A DNA stretch of 22,472 nt, taken from positions 1 to 22,472 of the forward strand of contig MCFH01000161.1 in the NCBI GenBank assembly GCA_002104945.1. The letters are read 5' to 3'. The position numbers and the translations under genes are program-made. Of the stretch, positions 11,683 to 22,472 are shown one piece after another; within the stretch, counting starts at the first letter, position 1; each line of letters opens with the position of its first letter. The stretch is from Piromyces finnis finn (taxonomy: Eukaryota; Fungi; Neocallimastigomycota). The notes under the pieces are model-generated. The model saw only the letters and a list, made by a program, of their open reading frames with translations. It did not search any database and was not told the DNA's origin.

Positions 11683-14600
11683 TTAGTTTTTAGTAGTTAT
11701 TTTTTTTTCGATTAGTATTATTTACTGAATTCAAAGATGATTTTGTTGAAGTTTTCTTTTTAGATATTGAGTTAGTGCTATTGGTTATTTTTTTAATTGT
11801 AGTTTTAGTTTTACTCGTTGTTGTTTTATTTGGCGAAACTTTAGAAGGCGATAATTTATTAATAGAGGTTTTGTTGAGTGAACTTTTATATGATGAAGCT
11901 TTAGTAGAAGATGATTTACTAGTTTTACTTGAAATACTATTTAGTGAACTTTTTTGTGAATTTACTGAATCTGAAGTGGAGTTTTGGCTTCTAGATTCAA
12001 AAGTAATTTTTGGTTTGAAGGATTTATTGGATTAGAACTAATTATTTTTTTCTTTATTATACTATTACCTGAAATCGAAGATACAGTAGAAGAAGCTGAT
12101 ATACTAGAAGATGCTGACATAATTGATGAAGCAGGTGAACTTGATTTTATTGTAGAACAGGATGACTTTATGGAGTTACTTCGAGTTGATGATGATGTAA
12201 TACTACTTATGATACTATTATTTTTTTTCTGGTGTTGAGGATTTGGAATTATTACTAGATTTTACTGAAGAAGAAGATGACCAAATAGAGCTACTCTTTG
12301 AAGGTGATAAGAAATTACTATCATCACATTTATCGATATGGTCATTTTTCTTGTTTCACATTTTATATCTGGATTACTTGGTTTTCTTTTATTTATTTCT
12401 CCGGAAAGTACTGGATGTTCCATATCTAACTCTTTTATTTCACTTAGATCAACTATATCAACAGAAATCAGTATCACTAGGTTCATTTTACTTAGGATAA
12501 TATTCTTTTTTACATTATTATTTGTTGTTGTTGTTGACTCATTAGTTTTCTTTTATTTGTATTTTCTATTGTATTTATTTTGTTATTTATTTTTGAAGTA
12601 TCAGTTTTAATAATACTTTTTTTAGTATTATCTGTTTTTTTATAGTGTTATATTAGTATCATTTTTTGATGTTGTTTTTTCGTTAAATTATTAATTTCAT
12701 TTTTCTATCTTTTTTCTCGTTGTTGTTGTTGTTGTTGTTGATGATTGCTTCACTATATATTAAAATAATGATATATTATTGAATATATGAATATATAATT
12801 ATCTAATAATTATTTTATTTATAATTTTAATAGTTTCATATATAATAGATATTATATAAAATATATATACCACTATCACTATTTCCAATCATTTTAGTTT
12901 TAAGGTAGTTTTCTCATCACCAAGTATCTTACTTTTTTGGGATGAATAACTTGTATCTGACTTGATAGATGTATTAGATGAATTTTTATTTATTTTTGAT
13001 TACTAGCTATACTACTTTGATCACTTTTACAGATGATGATGTAGCCTTCCCTCCGATAGTTTAGTACTATTTCCAGACATATTTTCAATACTATTTTTAA
13101 TATAAGGCTTATTATAAACTTGCTTTCCAAATTGATTAATATTATTTACTTAAAATGATCTAATAAAGAATATTTATTTCTTTTAGCTTGGTCTGGTGAA
13201 AGATGGAAAATAAGACTTTCTTCTTTTTCTTTATTTTATCTTCTGATATTAATCTTTCAAAATTTATTTCATCGATTTTATTATAAATTTCGTAATAATA
13301 TATGCTTTTATACATTCTGTTCATAAACTGGTAAAGTAAATTTTTCATTTCATTTATAGGTTTATTATTTTATTATTATTATTATTATTAGTGGTTTCAG
13401 TTGCTAAATTTATTTTATTCCTGTTTGAGGATTTAGTTATATTGTACCTGATTTAAAGTGTTTTCTTAAGTGGCGATGGTTTTACTTTAGTGGTGTTTTA
13501 TTACTGCTTAATGAATTAATAGACTTCAAACTATTTTTTTTAGATTGTTGTATTTATCGTTATTCATAAAAAAGTTGATAGTTAGATTACTTGAGTCTTT
13601 AGGGAATGATGAACTTGATATATACTTATTATTTTCTGTAATTCTGGATAATTTAAAACATCATTATTATATTATTTGTATTGTAAGATCAGCATCATCG
13701 GAATTTCGAATTATCAAAGAATTAGTAATAACATTAAACTTCTGTATAATTGAAGAATCCATTAAAAAGAAATAAGCAATGCCTAATTGATATTAATAAT
13801 TCACATAAGTAATTCTAATATTAGGAATTGGATCACATATAAATCAATGATAAATATAAAAAAATATTCACAAAATATTTTGAACTAAATATTCCATGAA
13901 TAATAGCAAATAACAAGATATAATATCTAATATGTAATCATTAGACTGTTTCATTTCTTTATATATTAATATATTTTTTATATTATAATTTTGAGATATT
14001 AATATAAATAGGTAGATAATATTACGAAATATTTATATTTATATTTATATTTTAATAATATTTATTTTTTAATATATTGCATTAATTTACCCTTTAAAAA
14101 TGCATGGATTTTATCTCTGTGTTCAATTTTTTTACTCATTTTAAGGAAATACAAATATTTTACATAATAATTGTTTAACTGGTCGAACAACAGATTTCTA
14201 GAAATATAATTATATATTAATAATTAATTATTATATAATTATTGAATTTACTATATTTAATTATATAAAGAACATTTAAATTATATTAAGCATACGTCAA
14301 TAATTGATTAAAATCAGTGTGTGAAGTGATTATTAATTATATCCATATTAAAATTTTTGGAAGTATTCGAATTTTTACAATGCATTCTTGGGCTCTCCAA
14401 TTTAAAGGAGCAATGGTTTACACCGATTATAGGCATTAATTATTTTCTTTTGCTATATCATTAATTTTGCTGATGGATCTTTCGAAAATTTCCTAAATAT
14501 ATGCCATATTTTAAATATTGCTTCTAAAACATTAATATCATTATCTTTTAATATGATATTAATGATGATATAATGCTTATATGATGATTTATTGTACAGT

Positions 14601-16828
14601 GGTGTAACTATATATTGTTTATGTATTATTATAAATTATATAAATAAAATTTTTGATATTTATTCTTTATAAAATATTCATTAATTGGATATACCTCATG
14701 AAACATTTAGACATTGATATTCTTACTGCATTACTTTTACTCTGACAAAGTAAGTTAATAATTTCACACATTTTTTCTTTTTCGTAGTTTAATTTGCTCT
14801 GATATAAGCAATACACTTTTTTTTTATTATTATTTTTATAAAATAAAAAATAATTATTAATATAAGCAATTCTAATTTTATTTTTGAATATATGATTCAT
14901 ATATTGTATCTTCATACCGGTAATTATATATATAATCAATACAATCTTTTTCATTTTGTGAAATTGAAACAGATATATAATACTTTATAAATATTTCCAA
15001 TTCATCTGTATTGACAAAGTCTAATTTTGATATTATTTTATTAGTAAAATTCAATTAGAAATGAAAAGAATTAAAATTGAAATAATAATATATACCTTTC
15101 AATTCCATACTAATAACCGATTTTTTCTTTTATGGATTCAGAATATTTAGTAGGTTGATCACTTATATGATTTTATGTTGGATATATATATCAATATCTA
15201 ATCTATATTTTATTAATAATTTAAAATAATTTCATAATTATTAATTACTTCATTTAATTAAATGAAATTTTTATGATTAATAAGATTGTATATATTGTAT
15301 ATTGTATATATTATTGTACTTTTTGCAATATCTGGAATAATATCGATTACATTCGTAGTGCAGTATTTCTAACTATATCTTCTTCGTCAAGAATCAGCTC
15401 AATGTATTCCGACATTAGTTCTTTTAGAAAACTATCAAGTCTATTATAATATAAGGCAAGTTATTATTTGTCATATTAATGTTATAAAGTTCACGATTTT
15501 CATATATTATTATATTTACTTTAAATTTTTAAAATTTGATTTAATTGTTCACTCATATATTTCTAATTTCATATAGAGTATCTGACATAAAGTTACATTT
15601 TGGGAAAGTATAGTTTTCCAATCTGTAATATTTAAATTGATATATGAATATTTATTATTTATTTATACTCATAAAAATATAATTTTACGTTGATGAGTTG
15701 ACATATCCAGATAATGTGCCCATAATTCTTGCACACATCTCTCTAAATTCAGTTGGCTTAGATAAATCTATATTTGATTTCATCTCAGGAAATCAACTAT
15801 ATTTATTATTTAGATATATGCCAAATCAATGAAAATTTTATATTTTTGTTCAATATTAATATATTATGATATATAATTTAATATTTATTTTTTATAGTGA
15901 AAAAAAAAAAAAAAAAAAAAAAATACCTGACTCGATATTATATCTTCAGGCAAATGGGTATCATTTCATTTATATTTTAATCATAAATCGGAAAATTCTT
16001 ATCGTGAAAATGTTTAAATAAGAAATAGTGATAATATATTAATAATATATAATCAAATTTTTAAAAATTATTACTTTTTGTTTTTAATAAAATATTATTA
16101 TTGGTATAGGTCATAATAATAAAATTCATTAATACCATCATCTTTTTTCTTTGTTGATTGTAAAATTCTTTTATTAATGGTATAACTGTCCTATTATTTG
16201 TTTTTCGAGCAAGTTTTCTTTAATAATATCTAAAAATGATTCTCCAAATATTTTTTGTATATTTGTAGTTTCATCTTTAATATTTTTCTATAATATTTTA
16301 TTAAAATTAAAATTTAGATATCATTAATAATGTTGCATAAAATATATATTATAAAGAAAAAAAAAATTACCAATATTAATGGTATATAATATTTTCATCC
16401 CTTCAGCATCGTCTTAGCTAATGAAACTAATGATGAATATACATATTCCTTTTGGAGAAAACCCCTTTCTTTATAATGATAATTTTAATATATACGAGAC
16501 ATGTTTTTATTATAAGTTTTATGTATATATAATTTTAATTATACTTTAAAATGTATTCTGCTCTTTCAATTGAATTTAATGTTTCATTTAATGAATAATT
16601 ATTAATTTCTTCTTCACTCTAATTTATTAAATTTCAATAAAATAATAGAATTAAATAAATAATTGTTTATAATATTATCATTTTAAATACAATAATAATT
16701 AGAAGATATACTTTTAATGCTCCATTAGAGAATTGCTTCTTTTAAATTTATGTCTCTGGATTTTGTTGATAATTATTTGAAAATGAAGATAATTCTAATT
16801 CTACATTCCAACTGTTAAAATTCCACAT
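11683..16828 (-). CDS. PPP4R4: Protein phosphatase 4 regulatory subunit 4-like HEAT-repeat protein; many short exons, frameshifted, long S/T/K/N-rich C-terminal tail; boundaries approximate
   Basis: Minus-strand exon peptides recall human PPP4R4 in the correct order: SEEEINNYSLNETLNSIERAEYIL (~16547-16619; cf. TPEEIERLTVDEDLSDIERAVYLL), DLSKPTEFREMCARIMGTLSG (~15705-15770), LLCQSKSNAVRISMSKCF (in ORF 14667-14954), NWRAQE (14385-14402), SVVRPVKQLLCKIFVF..KMSKKIEHRDKIH (~14100-14197), GIFSSKYFVNIF...DPIPNIRI (13811-13895; cf. EIFSKSFF...DPVANVRM). Probable ATG at 16828; stop near 11683. Confidence 0.78.
15900..15923. repeat. A24 homopolymer (T-tract just after a minus-strand intron donor in the PP4R4-like gene)
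   Basis: Plus-strand A-run followed by tac-ctga, i.e. minus-strand tcag|gta-T24. Confidence 0.85.
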
Positions 16829-18902
16829 TTTGTATTTATACTATGATTATATATTTATATATTTTCTTTTATAATAATAAAAAAATATTCATTATTTCTT
16901 TATTAATGATAGATTTAATTATTATACTCAATGAAAAATGTTAATTTTAATATTTGATTTATTAATTTGTATATATATTTATTTTTTCTTCTTTTTATGA
17001 ATAATTAAATGTTGAAAGTGATAATATAATACTATTTTTTATATAATTAATAATTATGGTTTTTTTATTATAATTTTTTTTTCACAATAATAAATTATAT
17101 TTGTATAAATTTTATTTTCATAAATTGTTTATATATTAAGAAGATAAACAAATTAAAGTTTTTTTTTTAAATTAAAGTAGTTTAATTTTATGTTAAAAGG
17201 ATGATTTAAAATTATTCATTCATTCATTTAAAAAAAGATTTTAAAGCTAATAAAATCTAAATAAAAAGTTCTTATTGGATTTTATAATTACTAATAAATT
17301 AATATGTTGTTATTTTGAACCTTGATCAAAGTTAGATTTTTAAATTTCTAAATAACAAAGCTAAAATGTAATATATAAAAAATAGGTATTATTCAATAAA
17401 ATAATTATAGTTTTTTTTTTAATATTTAATACAAAAAATAATTTAATTTTTTTATTATAAATGAATAAATGAATAAATTTAATAATGTAGTTCAATTATT
17501 ATTTAATGTATACATTATATTAAGCAAAAAAAAAAAATGAGATGTAACTGAAAAAGTTTATTTAAATTTAAATTTTAGAATTAAAATCAAGTTTTATTAA
17601 AATAATAAAAACTTAAATATATATTTTTAACAGTTAGTTATGTTAGATAAAATCAACTTCTGCATTGTTTTATGGTAAAAGTTTTCGTTTATATGCTTTT
17701 TTCCTTTTTTTATTAATATAATATATAAATATATACAATATACAATATTTTTTTAATTTTTTTGAGATTTTTACTAAAAATCTCACAAAAATTTTCTCCG
17801 AGGAATTATACTGTTAAAAAAAACTACTTTTTAAGTTTTTATGGGGGATATTATAAATTAAATTTCATACAAATTTTATAAATAAATTTATTATAAATCA
17901 AAGTTTTTTATTAATACTTTCGTTTTTAATTTATTATTATTGAAATGACTAAAGTTTCTTAATAATTTTAACAATCAATATAACTCTTTTTTAATATATT
18001 AAAATACAGGAAAATATTAAAATTTAGTTTTCTTTATTATTTTGACTACAATATACTAAAATATATTATTTATTGTTTATTGTAATTATATTGTATTTGT
18101 GAATATATAATATTACTTTTTTTTTCAATAGTTTAATTTAGAAATATTAAACATTAAATAATTGAAACATTAACAATGTTTAACTCAATAAATATATTAT
18201 TTAATGAAAAAAAAAAAAAACTCTTTTTATTAGATATTATAATTTAAAGAAAATATTTCATTACAAATAGTATATATACATCAAATTTTAGTATCTATAA
18301 AAAGGTTTTTTTTATAATATTTTTAAATAATCCTTGTTACAAATCTAAATAAATATTAGATATCAATATTCCGCAATTTTTTTTAAAAAAAGGAAGATGA
18401 TATATTATTTAATAATAGATTTATATCATTAATCATTTTCAACATTTTATATTAAATATATAATTATAATATTTATAATATTTTTGTCAGTATAACATAT
18501 AGTATTCTTTATTCTATATAAGATAATTTTAAATTTTCAATATATTGGCTATTCAATTCATTACTAATATTACACAAATTTTTGATGTTCAAAAAAAAAA
18601 CGGAGCAATTTATATAAATAATATATAATATATTTAAAGTATATAATTATATATTATAAATGTAAGTCATTCAATTATAAATATATTAATTACATATACA
18701 TAATTTTAAAGTTTAATATAAAAAAAGTATAAATTTTCAACAATTCATTTATTTTTGAAATATAAAAATCCTCTTTTTTTTTTTTTTTTTTATTCAATTA
18801 TTTAATTTTTATATATATAGGGAAATTGTTAATTCACTTTTTTGTAGTATAATTTGAATTTAATTGTAAAATAATAGTTTCCTTAAAAATAATATAAAGC
18901 AA

Positions 18903-20692
18903 ATGAGATTTAATAAATTTATTTTCCCAATACTAGCTTCTTTGGCTATTGCTTCTCCAAGTAAATAAAAGATATAATATAATTTATAAGTATATTTTGT
19001 AAATATTAAAGAAATTAATATTTTATTTAAAATTTTGATAAATTATATATAAAATTATAAAATTAGTTCAAGAAAAAGATATAAGCCTTAAAAAACGTGC
19101 AAATAAGCAATTTTATATTCCATTAGAATTAAGAAATAACAATTTTAACAATAATGCTAGTAACTGGTCATATTCTCGTAGTAAGGCTTCAGATGATTTT
19201 TATTGTTTTCTGGGAACCAGGATTTGGTACTAATCCAAAAAATGCACCAAGTAATTTAAGATTCGATGTTGATGATGTACTTGCAAAAGCTGAAAAATTT
19301 TTTGAGTATTATACAAAACATTAAAGTTTATTGATGGACCATCTCAAACTGAGAAATATAAAATAAGTATTTGGATAAAATATCAAACACAATGGTTAGC
19401 TACTGGTTCTGGTTATGATAATGTAGTTGGTGCTCTTTGGGTTAATCCAAGTACAATTCAACCAGTTGGTGGTACTATTGCACATGAAATTGGGCACTCT
19501 TTCCAATACCAAGTTCATTGTGATGGTAAGTATGGTTTTCGTGATCAAGATTATGTTGGTACTTTTTGGGGAATTTGTGCTCAATGGATGGCTTCAAGAT
19601 TATATCCAGAAATGTTTTCTAATACTGGAATTTGAATTAGTTCCAAATAATTGTTGGAAACATCCATTACATGAAAACTTCCGTTATCAATCTATTTTAA
19701 TGGAAGAATTTTGGAGTGAAAAACATGGAATTGATATTGTTGGTAAAGTTTGGAATGGTGCTAAGGACAGAGATGATCCAATTGAAGCCTATAAGCGTGG
19801 TAATAAATATTAATCAAGAACATTTAAATGAAGAAATGTTTAAGGTTGCACAAAAAAATGTTCTTTTTGATTATAAGCATCTTAAAATATTTTAAGACCA
19901 TACAGAAGTCGCTATAATATTAAACTTCAACAAATGGTGATGGTACTTACCAAATTCCACCAGAACAATGTCACAATCTTATGGTTATGCCCAATTCAAC
20001 TTGAATTCCATCTGGTGGAAAGGTTACTGTTAAATTACTGGTATTACAGGTAATACTAATATCACACTCATATGATAAGGTTGCAGGATGGAGATACGGT
20101 TTTGTTGCCGTTAAGAGTGATGGTGAATCTGCTGAATATAGTAATGCTGTTGTAGGTACCACTAAGGAAAGTACAATCACATATTCAGTTTCCCAAGTGG
20201 TACTAAGGCTTTATGGCTTGTTGTTATGGGTGCTCCAACTGAACATGTTAACTCACTGAGGAAGGCGATAATTCTGGTGATGAACATTTCCCATGGAAGA
20301 TTGCTTTATCTACTTGTTTAAAGGGAAAAAGCTGCAATCCAATTCCAGTTAATAATAATGCTAGTAATATTAATGGAAATCAAAGCAATAATAATGCCAG
20401 TAATAATAACAGTAGTAGTAGTAGTAATAACAAGACCTGCTTTAGTACTTCAATGGGTTACCCTTGCTGCAAAGATACTAGTAGAGTTGTAACTACTGAT
20501 TGTGATGGTAAATGGGGTGTTGAAAATGGAGAATGGTGTGGTATTGGTGGTACTCCAATAACCTCTTCTAATTGCTGGGCTAAATCTCTCGGCTATAAAT
20601 GCTGTGCAAGTAAATGTGCAGAAGTTTATAGTACCGACGCCAGTGGAAAATGGAGTATTGAAAATAATGAATGGTGTGGTATTGTTAATTAA
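18903..20692 (+). CDS. Secreted DUF6055-like HEXXH zinc-metallopeptidase-type protein with two C-terminal fungal dockerins (NCDD/CBM10-like); one intron, many frameshifts
   Basis: Exon 1 (18903-18960) encodes signal peptide [19 protein letters not shown]; intron 18961-19066. Then KKR (possible kexin site), [58 protein letters not shown] (HEIGH 19483-19497), EDP-like [28 protein letters not shown], an N/S-rich linker and the dockerins. Confidence 0.85.
20438..20686 (+). other. Tandem pair of fungal non-catalytic dockerin domains
   Basis: [36 protein letters not shown] and [37 protein letters not shown] match the C..LGYPCC...D..G.WG.EN..WCG consensus. Confidence 0.95.
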
Positions 20693-21399
20693 ATACAAAA
20701 AAAAATAACCCCATTAAGCCAAACGTGTAAGATATACCAACTCAATATGATAGAAACAAGAAAATAATATATCATTAATATTTATTAATAGCATATAATA
20801 TGGATGTATTTTAAGACAATTGTAATTAATATATTTTTTTAATTGTCATTTTTAAAATGTAAATATATAGAAATATATTATATATATATATATATTATTT
20901 TTTTTTTTTACTTTTTCATTTAAATTTAACAGTGAATAAATAAAATTTTTATAAAATAAATAATAATTCTTAATAAATGAAAGATGATTTCTTTTATAAA
21001 AAAGGTTTATAGTAAATAGAAATTTTAAGTAAAATATTTTTTATATAATACACGCGACTTTAATTTGTAATTAGTAATTATCAGTCCTCTTTAATTTTCA
21101 TATATGAAATTGAGTAATGAGAATGGTTATGGTCTATGTCAGAAGATTGATCACTTTGAAATGATTTTTTTTTTTTTTTTTTTTTTAACAGAAGAGAATT
21201 TTTCAAATAAAGAAAAGTTTATATTATTTTTTAATGGCATCAACTATTTTTTAACTTTATTAAAAATTATAAAAAAAATTAAAAATAAAAATAAAATATG
21301 TTTAAATAAACAAAAATGAATAAAAATTGGGTATAATATATTCTAGTAATTTTAATTAATGTAAGAAAGACACTATTATACTAAGGTATAATAATTGTA

Positions 21400-21570
21400 T
21401 TTGACTTCCAATGGGACACCGAGCCAAAGATTAAAATTTTTTCATGGGACAAAACTATGATCACCATTAGTTGCGCTGGCCCTCCTGGCCTGTCTTACTG
21501 TTTCTTCAGCATTGACGCCTTTGGATGTTGCCTCAAACCTTTTGAACATTAACCATTTACTGGCCATTAA
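21400..21570. other. Unassigned higher-GC island containing a 41-codon minus-strand ORF (21442-21567)
   Basis: 53 of 120 bases are G+C in 21421-21540, against almost pure-AT flanks. ORF: MASKWLMFKRFEATSKGVNAEETVRQARRASATNGDHSFVP. Confidence 0.4.
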
Positions 21571-22024
21571 CAAATTTAGTTCTAATTAATGCAAAAAGAT
21601 TACTTGAGTATAATAATTGGATATGAATTTCAACTTTTAAATTAATTATATTGATATTATAAATTTATAAAGGTATTTGACTCATGCTATATAAAAATAA
21701 AAATATGCACACAGTCTATAAGAAATTGCTTAAAACAATAGTAAAAATTATTGTTAAATTTTTTTTTTTTTTATTAATTATATTTTGATTGCATAAAATT
21801 TTTTATATACATATTTATTATAATGTTCCTTTAGTAACAAAATACGTTTACTTTATAATAAATATAATCTATATGTACTTTTTATATAAATATATTTAAT
21901 GAGTAAACATCAATTTTTTCTTTTTTAGATAATTAATGTACAGCTATACTGCAAGTTTCAAATTATTGATAAAATATATTTTGATATATACAATTTATTA
22001 TTTCTTGAATTGGTTTATATCTCC

Positions 22025-22472
22025 TTATTCTTCAGATTCTAAAACAATTCTGTATCTAGCCTTGTTAGCTAAAACCTTTTCAATAGCTTCGTTACATTGA
22101 GATAATTTCATTAATTCAATCTTTGGCTTGACACCATTAACGGCAGCAAATTCAAGCATTTCATTAGTGTAAGATCTACCAGCGACAATAGAACCACAGA
22201 TAGTCTTTTGAGCGAAAATAATTGGCATAACTGGAACCTTAATTTCAACAGCTGGAATACCAATTAAACATAATTTACCGTTTGGCTTAAGTAAACCTAA
22301 GAGCATCTTCCAATCCATATCATATGGAGAAGTGTTGATAATTAAATCAAAGTAATTTGGAACCTTTTCTTGAGCTTCCTTTAATAAGACGAAGTTGTGA
22401 CAACCGAAACCCATAGCTTCTTCCTTTTTGTTGTATGAGGTAGAAAGAGCAGTAAAACTTCATAACCCATCT
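22025..22472 (-). CDS. Zn-type NAD(P)-dependent alcohol dehydrogenase / aldehyde reductase (MDR superfamily, CAD/Ahr-YjgB-like), 3' part only
   Basis: TALSTSYNKKEEAMGFG, FDLIINT, LLKPNGKLCLIGIP, KTICGSIVAG, EMLEFAAVNGVKPKIE, NEAIEKVLANKARYRIVL. Reads on upstream as MGYEV through a T-run frameshift near 22457-22460; the 5' end is outside the window. Confidence 0.93.

Noticed and set aside
11775-12610. Plus-strand L/E/D/F-rich ORFs in the ORF track
   Set aside because: They are antisense shadows of the S/T/K-rich minus-strand tail of the PP4R4-like gene.
17763-17785. Perfect 11-bp hairpin tgagattttta-c-taaaaatctca in the divergent intergenic region
   Set aside because: About one such stem is expected by chance in 22 kb at this AT content; there is no supporting context.
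16829-18902. Promoter or TATA elements in the ~2-kb divergent region
   Set aside because: TATA-like words are everywhere at this base composition; none can be singled out.
21104-21319. 71-aa ORF or possible C/D snoRNA near 21100-21165
   Set aside because: The ORF is driven by a T-run (poly-Phe), and no convincing paired box C and box D motifs are present.
1-22472. CRISPR array, tRNA, rRNA, telomeric repeats or prokaryotic operon/defence system
   Set aside because: No repeat-spacer periodicity, cloverleaf, rRNA motif or telomeric array was seen, and spliceosomal introns and dockerins show the DNA is eukaryotic.

Overview
Very AT-rich eukaryotic DNA with GT..AG introns and fungal non-catalytic dockerins, so almost certainly an anaerobic gut fungus (Neocallimastigomycota; inferred). 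The first 7.3 kb is one near-perfect palindrome (arms 1-3609 and 3662-7282, 52-nt spacer, left arm runs off the window). Each arm carries a head-to-head copy of an apparently intronless Stealth-family sugar-phosphotransferase gene with two tandem Stealth domains, the second degenerate. Downstream are: a 7-exon membrane-anchored, bacterial-type sugar solute-binding protein (+); a multi-exon PP4R4-like HEAT-repeat gene with a long low-complexity tail (-); a secreted DUF6055-like HEXXH zincin fused to two dockerins (+); an unexplained ~44% GC island; and the 3' part of a Zn-type alcohol/aldehyde reductase (-). Every gene carries 1-nt indels, mostly in homopolymers, and the two palindrome arms correct each other's frameshifts. 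The sequence therefore looks like unpolished long-read consensus, and the palindrome may be a fold-back artefact rather than biology. All family calls come from motif recognition, not database searches.
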